Translations under genes and position numbers: made by a program
Shown here: piece after piece, positions 26,406-37,455 of the stretch
How the letters are laid out: each line of letters opens with the position of its first letter
Position numbering within the stretch: position 1 is the first letter of the stretch
Notes under the pieces: model-generated
Database searches by the model: none
Seen by the model: only the letters and a program-made list of their open reading frames with translations
What the model was told of the DNA's origin: nothing
From: Hydrogenimonas sp.
GTDB taxonomy: Bacteria; Campylobacterota; Campylobacteria; Campylobacterales; Hydrogenimonadaceae
NCBI GenBank assembly: GCA_015484905.1
Contig: WFUN01000072.1
Coordinates: 1-63,818 of the forward strand
DNA length: 63,818 bases
Direction of reading: 5' to 3'

Positions 26406-27704
26406 ATGCTTCGTTTCGCACCAAGTCCGACAGGAGATATGCACATAGGCAATCTCCGCGTCGCCATCTTCAACTATATTATCGCGAAACAGCGTAACGA
26501 ACGGTTTATCGTCAGAATCGAAGATACAGACAAAGAGCGCAACATCGAGGGCAAGGATAGAGAGATCCTTGAGATCCTTAATCTTTTTGGACTAAAATAT
26601 GACGAAGTCTATTACCAAAGCCACAATCTCACCATTCACCAGCATATGGCGATAAAGATGCTCGAAGAGCGAAAAGCCTTTGCATGCTTCTGCTCTCCCG
26701 AGGAGCTGGAAGCGGAACGAGAAGCCGCAAAAAAGGCGAAAAGAGCCTACCGTTATGGTGGAAAGTGTGAATTTTTGAGCGACAAAGAGGTACTGGAGAA
26801 TGAAAAACCTTTTACAATCCGGCTCAAAAAGCCAAAAAAACCGGTCGAATTTACAGATATAATAAAAGAGAAACTCTCTTTTGCTCCCGACGATATAGAC
26901 AGCTTCGTCATCATGAGGGCTGACAAAACTCCCACCTACAACTTCGCATGCTCACTCGACGATATGATCCACGATATAAGCCTGGTTATACGCGGAGAGG
27001 ACCATGTCAGCAACACTCCTAAGCAGATTCATATACGAAATCTTCTCGGTTATGACAAAGAGATCGAGTATGCACATCTACCAATCATTTTGAACGAAAA
27101 TGGCAAAAAGATGTCCAAAAGAGATTCGGCCTCTAGTGTAAAATGGCTGTTTCATGAGGGGTTTATACCTGAAGCGATAGCCAACTATCTTATTCTGCTG
27201 GGGAACAAGACACCAGATGAGATTTTTACACTCGAAGAAGCCATCTCATGGTTCGATCTGAAAAATTTATCGAAAGCGGCCGCAAAGTTTGATATAGACA
27301 AACTCAGGTTTTTAAACAGAGAACATATGAAGATGATGGATCCAAAAGATCTTTCAAGAGCTTTCGGCTTTGCCGATGCAGCTATTGGAAATCTTGTAAA
27401 ATGCTACCTTGAAGAGGGAAGTACGATAAAAGAGATCAAGCCCAAAATAGAGGCGATTTTTTCCGCCAAGCCTTTTGACACTGAATGGGAAAAGGAGATG
27501 AAAATACTTCAAGAAGCGATGAAAAGCGCCCCACTTTTTGATAGCTTCGATGACCTTAAAAAATATCTGATGAAAAAAACCGGGTTAAAAGGCAAAAACT
27601 TTTTCAAACCGTTACGCCTGCTTCTTACAGGTACGCAACACGGTCCGGAACTCTCATATCTTTATCCATATCTAAAATCTTACATTATGGAGATAATAAA
27701 ATGA
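26406..27704 (+). CDS. gltX: Glutamate-tRNA ligase (GluRS2-type paralogue)
   Basis: [31 protein letters not shown]. Confidence 0.93.
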   Translation: MLRFAPSPTGDMHIGNLRVAIFNYIIAKQRNERFIVRIEDTDKERNIEGKDREILEILNLFGLKYDEVYYQSHNLTIHQHMAIKMLEERKAFACFCSPEELEAEREAAKKAKRAYRYGGKCEFLSDKEVLENEKPFTIRLKKPKKPVEFTDIIKEKLSFAPDDIDSFVIMRADKTPTYNFACSLDDMIHDISLVIRGEDHVSNTPKQIHIRNLLGYDKEIEYAHLPIILNENGKKMSKRDSASSVKWLFHEGFIPEAIANYLILLGNKTPDEIFTLEEAISWFDLKNLSKAAAKFDIDKLRFLNREHMKMMDPKDLSRAFGFADAAIGNLVKCYLEEGSTIKEIKPKIEAIFSAKPFDTEWEKEMKILQEAMKSAPLFDSFDDLKKYLMKKTGLKGKNFFKPLRLLLTGTQHGPELSYLYPYLKSYIMEIIK

Positions 27705-27994
27705 TACTTTCCACATTTGTTCAGGCACTCGCACAGATCCTGCATATGGCCATTAGCATCTATATATGGGTCGTCATCATCGCCGCACTCGTAAGCTGGG
27801 TTCGTCCCGATCCATATAATCCCATTGTCCAGACACTTTATCGTCTTACAGAACCGGTATATGCCTGGATAAGACGCTACATTCCAACAGTGATCGGCGG
27901 CATAGACCTTGCCCCCCTCATAGTGATTCTGGGACTGCAATTCATAGACCTTTTTTTAGTCAAACTGCTCTTTGAGCTCGCTGCAAGCTTATGA
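27701..27994 (+). CDS. yggT: YggT family membrane protein
   Basis: [25 protein letters not shown]. Confidence 0.9.
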   Translation: MILSTFVQALAQILHMAISIYIWVVIIAALVSWVRPDPYNPIVQTLYRLTEPVYAWIRRYIPTVIGGIDLAPLIVILGLQFIDLFLVKLLFELAASL

Positions 27995-29598
27995 TGAGAT
28001 TTTCGATCCTTCTTCTGTTACCGCTTCTTTTGCCGGCTGTAACGCTGAAGCAGATCGAAAAAATGCCAAAAAGTTACGCCAAGGATTTCTACATCTGGCG
28101 TTTTATGGATATGGATATATCACCGCACGAAGCGGACTCGGCATTTTATCAGGTAAAATCGGTCAACTGGAAAATTTTACGCCGATATGCACAAAAAACG
28201 CGACAGCCCGGTTTCCGGGAGGCGGCAAACTGCTATTTTCTAAAGCCTGAAGATTTGCCGGCCGATACGGCAGAATGCAGCGTTATAGCTCTAACTCCGT
28301 ATAAATTTACAAAAATTGAAAAATTGAAAAGATACAGGCTTCTTCAGCAGATATCCATATTTCCAAAAGAGCTGCAGTGGGCCAATATTATGGCATCCGA
28401 ACACCCCTTTTTTGAGCTGGTAAAATCTGACAGTGACACCTTTTTCAAAATTTTCAACAGATGTGGCATGTCATGGAGAGAGAAATATCTCAACCATCCC
28501 CTGCCGCCACTCCTAATCAAGAGACTAAGTACAAAAAAAGAGTTTGCCCAGACAATCAAGATAATCGTTACAGATAAAAAACTCGACCATCTTCAGCGCT
28601 CTTTGCTCGGAATGGATGCCAACGGACTTTCGCACCAGAGTACTTTTTTTCTGGCTATTAATGCATTGCAGCACAATAAAAGAACTCTGGCGACCCACTA
28701 TCTGACACTCGCTTACAAAAAAGCCTATTATCGTTTCGATAAAGACAAAGTTCTTTTCTGGCTTGCCACACTCCATCCAAAAAAAAACTATCTTAAAAAA
28801 TTGTCAGAAAGTCTGGATATCAACATCTACTCACTGTATGCATCCGAAAAACTTGGTAAACAGATTTCTCGTATCGTTGTCCCGGATTTTCCACCAAGAA
28901 GAACAGACTACAATATTTCCGACCCTTTCGCATGGATAAAGGTATTGAAAGAGATCAGAGGAAAAAAAAGAGAGGAGCTGATAGATTATGCCAAAAGATT
29001 CAGATCCTCAAAAACGTTGGGCCACTACTCATATATAATGGAGCGCGCTTCTAAATACCGGACACACTATTTTCCTTTGCCATACAAAAAAGCCTATAAT
29101 AAGCTTGGCATAGATGAAAAAGCAATGCTTCTATCCCTTGCGAGACAAGAAAGCCGCTTCATTCCCTCTTCAATCTCTTCATCCTATGCTCTTGGCATGA
29201 TGCAGATAATGCCTTTTTTGGTCAAGGAGCTTTCAAAAGAGAAAAACGAGCCCTTTAATCTCGACGCTATGTTTCAACCCGAAAAGAGTATCGATTACGC
29301 GATAAAGCACTTGGAATATCTGCGTCGATACCTGAAACATCCGCTTTTCATCGCCTACGCCTACAATGGAGGAATCGGTTTCACAAAACGCTTGCTTACA
29401 AAAAGAGCTCTTTTTGAAAAAGGGGAGTATGAACCGTGGTTGAGCATGGAACTGATACATTATGATGAAAGCCGTAGATACGGCAAAAAAGTGCTTTCAA
29501 ACTATATTGTCTACAAAAAGATTCTTGGAGAGCCTATCTCCGTGGCGTCGGTCGTTGAAACGTTAACACAACCGGATCGTACGGATCGATTCCGATAG
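27991..29598 (+). CDS. slt: Soluble lytic murein transglycosylase
   Basis: ARQESRF, ALGMMQIMP, AYAYNGG, ESRRYGKKV. Confidence 0.88.
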   Translation: MMRFSILLLLPLLLPAVTLKQIEKMPKSYAKDFYIWRFMDMDISPHEADSAFYQVKSVNWKILRRYAQKTRQPGFREAANCYFLKPEDLPADTAECSVIALTPYKFTKIEKLKRYRLLQQISIFPKELQWANIMASEHPFFELVKSDSDTFFKIFNRCGMSWREKYLNHPLPPLLIKRLSTKKEFAQTIKIIVTDKKLDHLQRSLLGMDANGLSHQSTFFLAINALQHNKRTLATHYLTLAYKKAYYRFDKDKVLFWLATLHPKKNYLKKLSESLDINIYSLYASEKLGKQISRIVVPDFPPRRTDYNISDPFAWIKVLKEIRGKKREELIDYAKRFRSSKTLGHYSYIMERASKYRTHYFPLPYKKAYNKLGIDEKAMLLSLARQESRFIPSSISSSYALGMMQIMPFLVKELSKEKNEPFNLDAMFQPEKSIDYAIKHLEYLRRYLKHPLFIAYAYNGGIGFTKRLLTKRALFEKGEYEPWLSMELIHYDESRRYGKKVLSNYIVYKKILGEPISVASVVETLTQPDRTDRFR

Positions 29599-30037
29599 TC
29601 AGTTTGAAAATTCGACCATTTTGTGGCGCGAATTCAGCGACGTAGTAGCGACCCCATCTGTTTACGCTTGGCATAAGTGAATAAAGCTCGTCACCCCGTC
29701 GTATCGGCTCGATATTGAGCGCAGGTGAACCGTCGAGTTTAAAGTGTAAAAAATCTGGAAATTTATCCTCAGGCATCTTCCTGTCGGTTATTACCCCTAT
29801 AAAAAAATATACCCCTTTCTTATATGGATATCTCTCGGCGAACACTTCGTTTAAAAGCGTGGCATTGATTGAAGCTTTGGTTTCCAGAGATTTTATTATC
29901 TGAACCTCTCTGGTATTGACGAGAGCTTTTTCATAAATAATATCTGGCTTCAAAATATTTTGGGTACAAGGTTTCGAGCTACACCCCAGAAACAACAAAA
30001 CAGCTCCTGTTATAATCAAAAACGAACTTTTTCTCAC
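29534..30037 (-). CDS. Hypothetical lipoprotein
   Basis: Lipobox FLGC after a hydrophobic signal; convergent overlap with the slt 3' end. Confidence 0.7.
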   Translation of the reverse strand: MRKSSFLIITGAVLLFLGCSSKPCTQNILKPDIIYEKALVNTREVQIIKSLETKASINATLLNEVFAERYPYKKGVYFFIGVITDRKMPEDKFPDFLHFKLDGSPALNIEPIRRGDELYSLMPSVNRWGRYYVAEFAPQNGRIFKLTIGIDPYDPVVLTFQRPTPRR

Positions 30038-30229
30038 TTTACTGCCTTTTTCTTTTCCTGTACGGGTTTATGTGAATATAAAATCGTAAAAAATACTGGA
30101 AAATGGCTGTAGACGCCATCGGAAATTATTCTAACACAAAACCTTTTAATCGGAAGTTTCGCTTCACTATCTGGGTTTAAAAATTTTTTGGCTATAATCG
30201 CTATCAATTTCAATCGAAGGTTTTTTTCA

Positions 30230-30727
30230 TTGAGAAAACGTTCTGCAGTCGCATTCACAGGCCCATCCAACAGCGGCAAAACGACACTTATTCAAAAGAT
30301 CGCAAATATACTCATTCGTGATCACAAGGTTGCTATAGTCAAAAACGATCCGAAAGACAAAGCGGTATTTGATGTGGAAGGTAAAGACAGCTGGAAGTTT
30401 TTCCAGACCGGTGCGGAGGTGGTCGTCACCTCTCCTACAAGAACAACCTACTTTTCCCATCGTAACAAGAGTATAGAAGAGATAGTCCGCATGGTGGATG
30501 ATTTTGATTATCTGCTGGTCGAAGGTCTAAAAACGCTGCCTCTGCCGCGTATTGCCATTTTTAGGAACACGATAGATGAAAGTTACTTTTTATGTTCCGA
30601 AGCGATAGCACTGGACGACTCTATCGATATCAACGATTATGAGATACCTGAAAATATCGATATTCTGGATCTTAACGATACGATTCAGATCATAGATTGG
30701 GTCAAAAAACATGCAAAGGCGGTATAG
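30230..30727 (+). CDS. mobB: Molybdopterin-guanine dinucleotide biosynthesis protein B
   Basis: GPSNSGKTTL, FDVEGKDS, LVEGLK; TTG start at 30230 (ORF track 30188). Confidence 0.9.
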   Translation: MRKRSAVAFTGPSNSGKTTLIQKIANILIRDHKVAIVKNDPKDKAVFDVEGKDSWKFFQTGAEVVVTSPTRTTYFSHRNKSIEEIVRMVDDFDYLLVEGLKTLPLPRIAIFRNTIDESYFLCSEAIALDDSIDINDYEIPENIDILDLNDTIQIIDWVKKHAKAV

Positions 30728-31579
30728 ATGACACTGAAACCGATTTTTGATGCCATAGAACGTTCCGCACACAGAATCAGAGATGCAATAGGCAACGAGG
30801 AGCTCTGTTATTCCGAGCTGTGTAACGCTACCGGAGATATGCAGCTCAAACTCGATATTCAAAGCGATCTTATCATTGCCGAAGAGTTTTCCAAAATAGC
30901 TGCTATAAAAGTCATAGCGAGTGAAGAAAAGGAGAAGCCACAGATATTGCACCCGGACGGTCGTTACATGGTCGCATACGATCCTCTGGACGGGTCGAGC
31001 CTTATAGATGTAGATCTGAGTGTAGGCTCTATTTTCGGCATTTACGACGAAGAGTTTCAGGCCAGGTCCATGCTTGCCGCCGTATATGTTGTTTACGGTC
31101 CGCGCCTGGAGATGGTTACCGCCTACAAAGGGGGCGTACGCCACTTCATCTTCCGTCACGGCCGTTTCATGGAGCAAAATACTATAGAACTCGGTAAAAG
31201 GGGGAAGCTTAACGCTCCCGGAGGCACGCAGCAGTATTGGCCCAAATACCACAAGAGACTGGTAGACTCTCTTTTTGCTGAAGGTTACCGCCTGCGATAC
31301 TCCGGCGGCATGGTGCCGGACCTGCACCAGATCCTTCTTAAAGGTGGCGGACTCTTTAGCTATCCCGGTACAGACGACAAACCGAACGGCAAACTTCGAA
31401 AGCTTTTCGAAGTGTTTCCGTTTGCATTTGTCTACGAAACCGCCGGGGGAGCGGCCATAGACGACAAAGGAGAGCCTCTTTTATCGCTTTCTTGCGACGA
31501 CCCGCACGAAACCACTCCCTGCTTCTTTGGCAGCGAATATGAAATAAAGAGAGTGAAAGAGGCTTATGGAGTCGCTTGA
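30728..31579 (+). CDS. fbp: Fructose-1,6-bisphosphatase class 1
   Basis: [37 protein letters not shown]. Confidence 0.94.
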   Translation: MTLKPIFDAIERSAHRIRDAIGNEELCYSELCNATGDMQLKLDIQSDLIIAEEFSKIAAIKVIASEEKEKPQILHPDGRYMVAYDPLDGSSLIDVDLSVGSIFGIYDEEFQARSMLAAVYVVYGPRLEMVTAYKGGVRHFIFRHGRFMEQNTIELGKRGKLNAPGGTQQYWPKYHKRLVDSLFAEGYRLRYSGGMVPDLHQILLKGGGLFSYPGTDDKPNGKLRKLFEVFPFAFVYETAGGAAIDDKGEPLLSLSCDDPHETTPCFFGSEYEIKRVKEAYGVA

Positions 31580-31769
31580 AAAGGGTCCTGACCGCTGGGA
31601 ATTGGCACGCGAAGAGGCAAAAATAAAACTTGAAACATGCCAAAAGAAGATGAATGTAACAAGCTGTCTTGAATGTGAAAAGGTCATAGGATGCGAAACC
31701 AGAAACGAATACGTTAAAAAAGTCTATGAAAGCATGAGCAAAGGTCGGGGTGGAGGATTTGAATTTTAA
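31566..31769 (+). CDS. Small Cys-containing hypothetical protein
   Basis: CQ....SCLEC...GC...[16 protein letters not shown]; overlaps the fbp stop. Confidence 0.75.
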   Translation: MESLEKGPDRWELAREEAKIKLETCQKKMNVTSCLECEKVIGCETRNEYVKKVYESMSKGRGGGFEF

Positions 31770-31772
31770 AGA

Positions 31773-31830
31773 TATGGCATTACGTACTGATGATAGCAAG
31801 ATACCGGCCATAGTAGTACGTAACGCCATA
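31773..31830. repeat. Long inverted repeat (stem-loop) upstream of metG
   Basis: TATGGCATTACGTACT (31773-31788) and AGTACGTAACGCCATA (31815-31830), 15/16 complementary. Confidence 0.75.
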
Positions 31831-31856
31831 CAATCTTAATGAAAAACGGGGTTTCC

Positions 31857-33809
31857 ATGAATAAAGAGAAATGTAAAAGAGTATATATAACGACACCCAT
31901 TTATTATGTAAACGATGTTCCACATATCGGACACGCCTATACCACTATCATAGCAGATACGCTCGCCAGGTACTCGAGACTCGCCGGAATGGAAGTCTTT
32001 TTCCTTACCGGGACCGACGAACATGGCCAGAAAATCGAACAGGCAGCCAAAGCGAGAGGCAAAACTCCCAAAGAGTATGCCGATGAAATATCCATGCGTT
32101 TCAAAAAATTATGGGATGAATTTGAAATAAGTTACGATAAATTCATACGCACTACCGACGAGCAGCACATAAAAGGTGTACAAAAAGCGTTTGAAGTGAT
32201 GTACAAAAACGGTGACATATACAAAGATGTCTATCGGGGTCACTACTGTGTCAGTTGTGAAACATTTTTTACGGCACAGCAGTTGGTGGATGATGAATTC
32301 TGTCCGGAGTGTGGGCGCTCTACATCCATTGTGGAAGAAGAGAGCTACTTCTTCAGGCTTTCAAAATACCAGGATAGACTTTTGGAGTGGTATGAGAGCC
32401 GACCTGACCGTATTCTTCCAAAATCAAAGCGAAACGAAGTTATAAATTTTGTTAAAAACGGGCTCGACGATCTTTCGATCACACGCACCAGTTTCGACTG
32501 GGGTATAAAGCTTCCAGAGTCTATCAACGACCCGAAACATGTCATCTATGTATGGCTGGACGCCTTGATGAACTATGTAACAGCATTGGGTTATGGTACA
32601 GATGAAAGACTCATGTATTACTGGCCGGCGAAAGTCCACCTTATAGGCAAAGATATTCTCCGCTTTCACGCTATCTACTGGCCGGCATTTCTCATGAGTC
32701 TCGGCCTAGAGCTTCCGCATCACGTCGCAGCGCACGGATGGTGGACCAGAAATGGCGAAAAGATGAGTAAATCCAAAGGAAATGTGATAGATCCCAAAGA
32801 GATTGCGGATGCCTACGGACTCGAAAATTTTCGTTATTTCATGTTAAGGGAAGTCCCCTTCGGACAGGATGGAGATTTTAGTCAAAGAGCACTGATAGAC
32901 CGCATAAACTCAGATCTTGGAAACGATCTTGGTAATCTGTTGAACCGGATAATAGGTATGAGCGGTAAATATTTCGATTTTAAAATAGATAGCAAAAAGG
33001 TGGACACATATCATAAAAACGAACTCGAAGCTGTTGGCTCCATCTTCTCTACCGTAGAACCACACCTTTATGAAATCCAGACCAACCGTTATCTGGAAGA
33101 TTTGTGGAAAGCCCTGCGCATAGCCAATAAGGCGATAGATACGAGCATGCCGTGGGCAAAGATGAAAGAACAAAAAGAAGATGAAGCGATGGCCACAATA
33201 GCCCTTGTGGCAAATATCCTTGCGAAAGTATCAATATTGCTGCACCCTTTTATGCCAAAGGCGACTCAAACCATAGCCAACGCTCTTGGTTTTGAAATAG
33301 ATCATAAAAGTTATGTCAAGTTTATAAAAAATTCGGAACTTCTCGAATCGTTCACAATAAAAAAAGTCCCTCCCCTGTTTCCCCGCATAGAAGAGCCTCT
33401 CATTGAAATTTCTATCGAAAAAGAGAAGAAGGAAAGAGAAACGGCTTTTGTACAGAAAAAGAGTGAGGAAAATACACAAAACAATATAATTACCATCGAC
33501 CAGTTTTTACAGGTCTCCTTGAAAGTCGGTACAGTGGTGGAAGCAGAAGATGTACCCAAAAGCAAAAAGCTTCTCAAACTTCAGGTAGATCTTGGAGAAG
33601 AGAGGCCACGCCAGATAGTAGCCGGTATAAAAGAGTGGTACAATCCATCCGATCTGAAAGGAACACAGGTTTGTATCGTAGCCAATCTGAAACCGGCCAA
33701 ACTTATGGGAATGGTTTCAGAAGGAATGGTTCTTGCGGCGAAAGATGAGAAGGGGCTCTCGCTTATCAGGCCGGAATCTCCCAAAAAGGCCGGAACCCCG
33801 ATTGGCTGA
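31857..33809 (+). CDS. metG: Methionine-tRNA ligase
   Basis: ITTPIYYVNDVPHIGH, TGTDEHG, YVWLDAL, KMSKSKGN, C-terminal tRNA-binding domain. Confidence 0.97.
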   Translation: MNKEKCKRVYITTPIYYVNDVPHIGHAYTTIIADTLARYSRLAGMEVFFLTGTDEHGQKIEQAAKARGKTPKEYADEISMRFKKLWDEFEISYDKFIRTTDEQHIKGVQKAFEVMYKNGDIYKDVYRGHYCVSCETFFTAQQLVDDEFCPECGRSTSIVEEESYFFRLSKYQDRLLEWYESRPDRILPKSKRNEVINFVKNGLDDLSITRTSFDWGIKLPESINDPKHVIYVWLDALMNYVTALGYGTDERLMYYWPAKVHLIGKDILRFHAIYWPAFLMSLGLELPHHVAAHGWWTRNGEKMSKSKGNVIDPKEIADAYGLENFRYFMLREVPFGQDGDFSQRALIDRINSDLGNDLGNLLNRIIGMSGKYFDFKIDSKKVDTYHKNELEAVGSIFSTVEPHLYEIQTNRYLEDLWKALRIANKAIDTSMPWAKMKEQKEDEAMATIALVANILAKVSILLHPFMPKATQTIANALGFEIDHKSYVKFIKNSELLESFTIKKVPPLFPRIEEPLIEISIEKEKKERETAFVQKKSEENTQNNIITIDQFLQVSLKVGTVVEAEDVPKSKKLLKLQVDLGEERPRQIVAGIKEWYNPSDLKGTQVCIVANLKPAKLMGMVSEGMVLAAKDEKGLSLIRPESPKKAGTPIG

Positions 33810-33817
33810 CGAAAAAA

Positions 33818-34834
33818 ATGCATATAGAAAACGTGGTAGCCGTCACTGGCGGACTGCTGCTTAACAAACCTTCGATATCCAGGTTTGAAACTGTAGCCCT
33901 GTCACCTGCCAAAGCGGTTCGCGGCTCTCTTTTTATTGCCAAAGAGCTGTCGGATATAGATATTGCACTAAAAAACGGTACTTATGGAATCATTACCGAC
34001 CTCGCTGTAACCCCTACAGATGAGGAAATAGCATGGATACGTGTCGATGATCTCTCTGTCACTCTTTTGAAACTGCTGCGTCTATGGCTCGTGATAAACC
34101 CCCGCACCTTCCATCTCGTCTCTCCTTTGACAATGGAATTTATAAAGATGACGGCAAGCGATCACAGAGTTACAACTCTTTGCGATGATCCTAAAGAAGC
34201 CAGTGAACAGATTCTCACTTCATCCGAAAAAGAGAGGTTTTTTTGTGATAACAAGAAGTTTCTCGAACGGATAGGTGCGTACATTTCACCCTTGGAGCCC
34301 GTTGACATTGCATCAAAACTCATTACAAAAAGGATCTTCGACTCTTCTGTGATCATCGAAGATATCTATTATGCCAGGCTGCCTATTACCGGATGCCTTC
34401 TGCCCGAACTGCTGAAGTCATTAGGTTTTTTGAAAGCTGCCAAAGTCTCATATACTCTATCAAATATTACATTTCCCTCATCGTTCGAACCGGTTTTTAT
34501 CGATTCGAAAATAAGAAGAGTCTCTTTCGGAGAAAGTGAACGTGTAATAATTTTTGCAGACCCATCACTTCCTGAAAGATGCTTTTTGGAACTTCAAAAA
34601 ATTAAATGGACCGAGTGTAAGCTCTTCATTCCAACACAAATTAAGTTCCAATGTGATATAAAAATACCGATGATTGGGTATAGATCAGAACAAGAACTTT
34701 TTCAAAAGCTTTCCCATGTTCGAAAAAAGCGTGGGTTCATTGTAATCGTAGGCCAAAAAAGCAACAAATTTTTCGATAATTTTTGCAGTTGTGAAACTGA
34801 TGCACATCCATTAACCACAAAAGGACTATTTTAA
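33818..34834 (+). CDS. Hypothetical protein with MurF-like N-terminal segment
   Basis: 338-aa ORF coupled to neighbours; N-terminus (TGG...RGSLFIA...ALKNG..GII) resembles Mur-ligase N domains; no P-loop. Confidence 0.55.
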   Translation: MHIENVVAVTGGLLLNKPSISRFETVALSPAKAVRGSLFIAKELSDIDIALKNGTYGIITDLAVTPTDEEIAWIRVDDLSVTLLKLLRLWLVINPRTFHLVSPLTMEFIKMTASDHRVTTLCDDPKEASEQILTSSEKERFFCDNKKFLERIGAYISPLEPVDIASKLITKRIFDSSVIIEDIYYARLPITGCLLPELLKSLGFLKAAKVSYTLSNITFPSSFEPVFIDSKIRRVSFGESERVIIFADPSLPERCFLELQKIKWTECKLFIPTQIKFQCDIKIPMIGYRSEQELFQKLSHVRKKRGFIVIVGQKSNKFFDNFCSCETDAHPLTTKGLF

Positions 34835-35998
34835 ATGAGCAGTACATCCGAACCTTCGTCGTCGGACTTACAGGACTTTTTCGGTAACTACTGGGACCTT
34901 TTTGCAGGTTCTATTTTAGGAATTCTTGCTTTTCTTCTTCATATCAACGGCTTTACCTATCTTGCCGTCCTGTGTGCCGGACTGGGGATTGCGGCTTTCT
35001 CTTTCACAGTCTCAGAGATTGCAGAGATTCTTGCTGAACGGCTTCAGGAACCTTACTCCAGTTTTGTCCTAACCTTCAGTGCCGTCGCAGTTGAAATTCT
35101 GCTTCTGTTTATGATACTGTTGGAAAGCACCCATGGTGCACATGCGCTTGAGACGGTAAAAAGCGGTATCATTTCCGCTGTTATCGTAGATATGAACGTA
35201 CTTCTCGGAATCGCCGTCTTCGTAGGCGGTCTTCGCTTCAAAGAACAGGAGCACAACGAAGACACTTCGAGTACATATACGACCATTTTGCTGGTAGCTT
35301 CCGTAGCGCTGCTCGTACCAAGTGTTCTGGCTTACTCCCAGGGCGGAGAACAGAACCTGATGAATGCAAGCTATATCATAGCTTTTCTGCTTGCTCTGTA
35401 TTATATGAGTATTTTTATTTTTCAGACAAAAACCCATATCCATTTCTTCAAAGCTACAGCAAGAAGTCGAATCTTCAGACTCAGAAGAAAACGCGCGAAA
35501 AGAGATGAAGAAGAGGAAGAGGAGGATTATCTCTTTGAAAAACTTCCTATTTCAGCCAACCTCATAATCATTTTCTTTCTGATATTTCTTATCGGAATAA
35601 TTGCGGAAATTTTTGCAAATGACGGCATGCTGATCGCTAACGAATTTGATATTTCTCCCGCTCTCGCCGGTCTGGTCATAGCCATCATAAGTGTTTCACC
35701 GGAACTTTTCACTGCTGTAAAAGCTGCAAAGGCGGATCAGATCCAGCGAGTGGTCAACATAGCGATGGGAGCTTCTACGGTTTCAATACTTTTGACCGTC
35801 CCGATACTGATGCTGCTCTCACCGTTTGCAGACGTAAAGCTGACACTCGATTTCAATTCGCTTCAAGTCGGGGCATTGGTATTGACCGTTATTCTGGCCT
35901 GGAAGACAACGGACAACGGCGAAACCAATTATGTCGAAGGGATTTCGCACCTTATGTTCTTTTTGGCTTTTGCAGTGATTGCTGCGTTCTATCATTAA
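34835..35998 (+). CDS. Ca2+/H+ (CaCA family) antiporter
   Basis: About 10-11 TM helices, SAVAVE and SVSPE alpha-repeats, central acidic tract EEEEEED. Confidence 0.8.
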   Translation: MSSTSEPSSSDLQDFFGNYWDLFAGSILGILAFLLHINGFTYLAVLCAGLGIAAFSFTVSEIAEILAERLQEPYSSFVLTFSAVAVEILLLFMILLESTHGAHALETVKSGIISAVIVDMNVLLGIAVFVGGLRFKEQEHNEDTSSTYTTILLVASVALLVPSVLAYSQGGEQNLMNASYIIAFLLALYYMSIFIFQTKTHIHFFKATARSRIFRLRRKRAKRDEEEEEEDYLFEKLPISANLIIIFFLIFLIGIIAEIFANDGMLIANEFDISPALAGLVIAIISVSPELFTAVKAAKADQIQRVVNIAMGASTVSILLTVPILMLLSPFADVKLTLDFNSLQVGALVLTVILAWKTTDNGETNYVEGISHLMFFLAFAVIAAFYH

Positions 35999-36102
35999 GA
36001 TCGAGAAACGTTTCGAAGGCAAAGCCTCCGAAACTACGCTGGCCGCTGTGGCACTGAAGCTTGCCCTCGCGGGCAGACGGGCGACGCCCGGAAGATCGAG
36101 AA
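35997..36102. repeat. GC-rich REP/BIME-like hairpin cluster flanked by 11-bp direct repeats
   Basis: AAGATCGAGAA at 35997-36007 and 36092-36102; hairpins at 36010-36034, 36062-36075 and 36078-36090. Confidence 0.65.
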
Positions 36103-36239
36103 GCCTCTTGTAGCAAAAGTTTTATCGATTACTGTGCTTCGAGTCGCTATAATCTACTTCCTATTTTCCGCACCAAAACTTTCAGTCTATCGGTTGGTGC
36201 GGCAACAATTAAAAACTATACGACAAAAGGCCTTCTTCT

Positions 36240-37333
36240 ATGAAACGAAGAGATTTTCTGAAAGCTTCGGCAGCCGTTGCCGCTACGGCGACTTTTACAG
36301 GTTGCACGCGTGAACAGATAGAGGGGAAAAAGAGTCTCAATATAAACCGACGCCGAAAAGTCAAGCTGAAAATCGCAACCAGCTGGCCCGCCCACTTTCC
36401 CATCATGGGAACCGGCATAGAGAGTTTTGCGAAAAAGGTTTACGAAATGAGCGGTGGCTCTCTGAAGGTAAAGATCTATCCCAAAAATATCCTTGTACCT
36501 GCTCTGGCGGTCTTCGATGCGACAAGCAGCGGCCAGATAGACGGTTTTCACTCTGGCCCATACTACTGGAAAGGCAAAAACCCGGCCTTCGCACTCTTCA
36601 GCGGTGCACCGCTGAGAATGGTTGCAGACGAACTATCCTGCTGGATGAACTACGGGGGTGGCTACGAACTTTGGCGCGAGCTATACGCCCGATACATCTC
36701 TACCCTTTCATCGGAGGAAATACGGGTGTACAGATGGGCGGATGGTTCAGAAAACCGATCGATTCGCTCGAAGATCTAAAAGGGCTTAAAATGCGTATTC
36801 CCGGACTTGGCGGTGAAGTGATGGCGAAACTCGGTGTAAATCCGGTATTGCTACCCGCCGGAGAGATCTATACGGCCCTTGAACGTGGCACTATAGATGC
36901 CACCGAGTGGGTGGGGCCCGCTCTGGATATCAGGATGGGATTTTACAAAGTCGCGAAATATTATTATACAGGGTGGCATGAACCCGGTTCCATTTTGGAG
37001 CTGACTTTCAACAAAAGCCGTTTCGACAAATTAAGCGAAGAGCACAAAGCGATCATTCAATACGCTTCGGAAGCCATGACATCGGAGATGTACCACGAAT
37101 TTATACATGAAAACGCAATCGCTTTGAAAAAACTGAAATCATTAAACGTACAAATAAAAGACTTCCCTCCTCAAATAATCAAAGCCGCAAAAAAAGCGTT
37201 TTTGGAAGTAGCAAAAGAGCAGAGCACATCGAGTGCAGATTTTGAAAAGGTATTCGACTCCATGGAACGTTACTATTCACTTGTGAAACCATGGACAGAA
37301 ATCAGTGAAAGCCGTTTCTACTCGATCAGATAA
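36240..37333 (+). pseudogene. TRAP solute-binding protein (DctP/TakP-like), frameshifted
   Basis: Tat signal KRRDFLK; first half in ORF 36240, second half (GGNTGVQMGGWF, LKMRIPGLGG, GTIDATEWVGP, GWHEPG) in another frame; adding one A at about 36696 restores ...ARYNLYPF.... Confidence 0.85.
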
Positions 37334-37455
37334 TGAAAATGTTTGCAATGGCTTTTGATCTACTATTGTCATCGGTATTATTTTTTCGGCAAAACTGTCG
37401 ATTTATTTGACAATACTGGACCATAACCAGACAAGAAATATTTCAAGGAATATAT

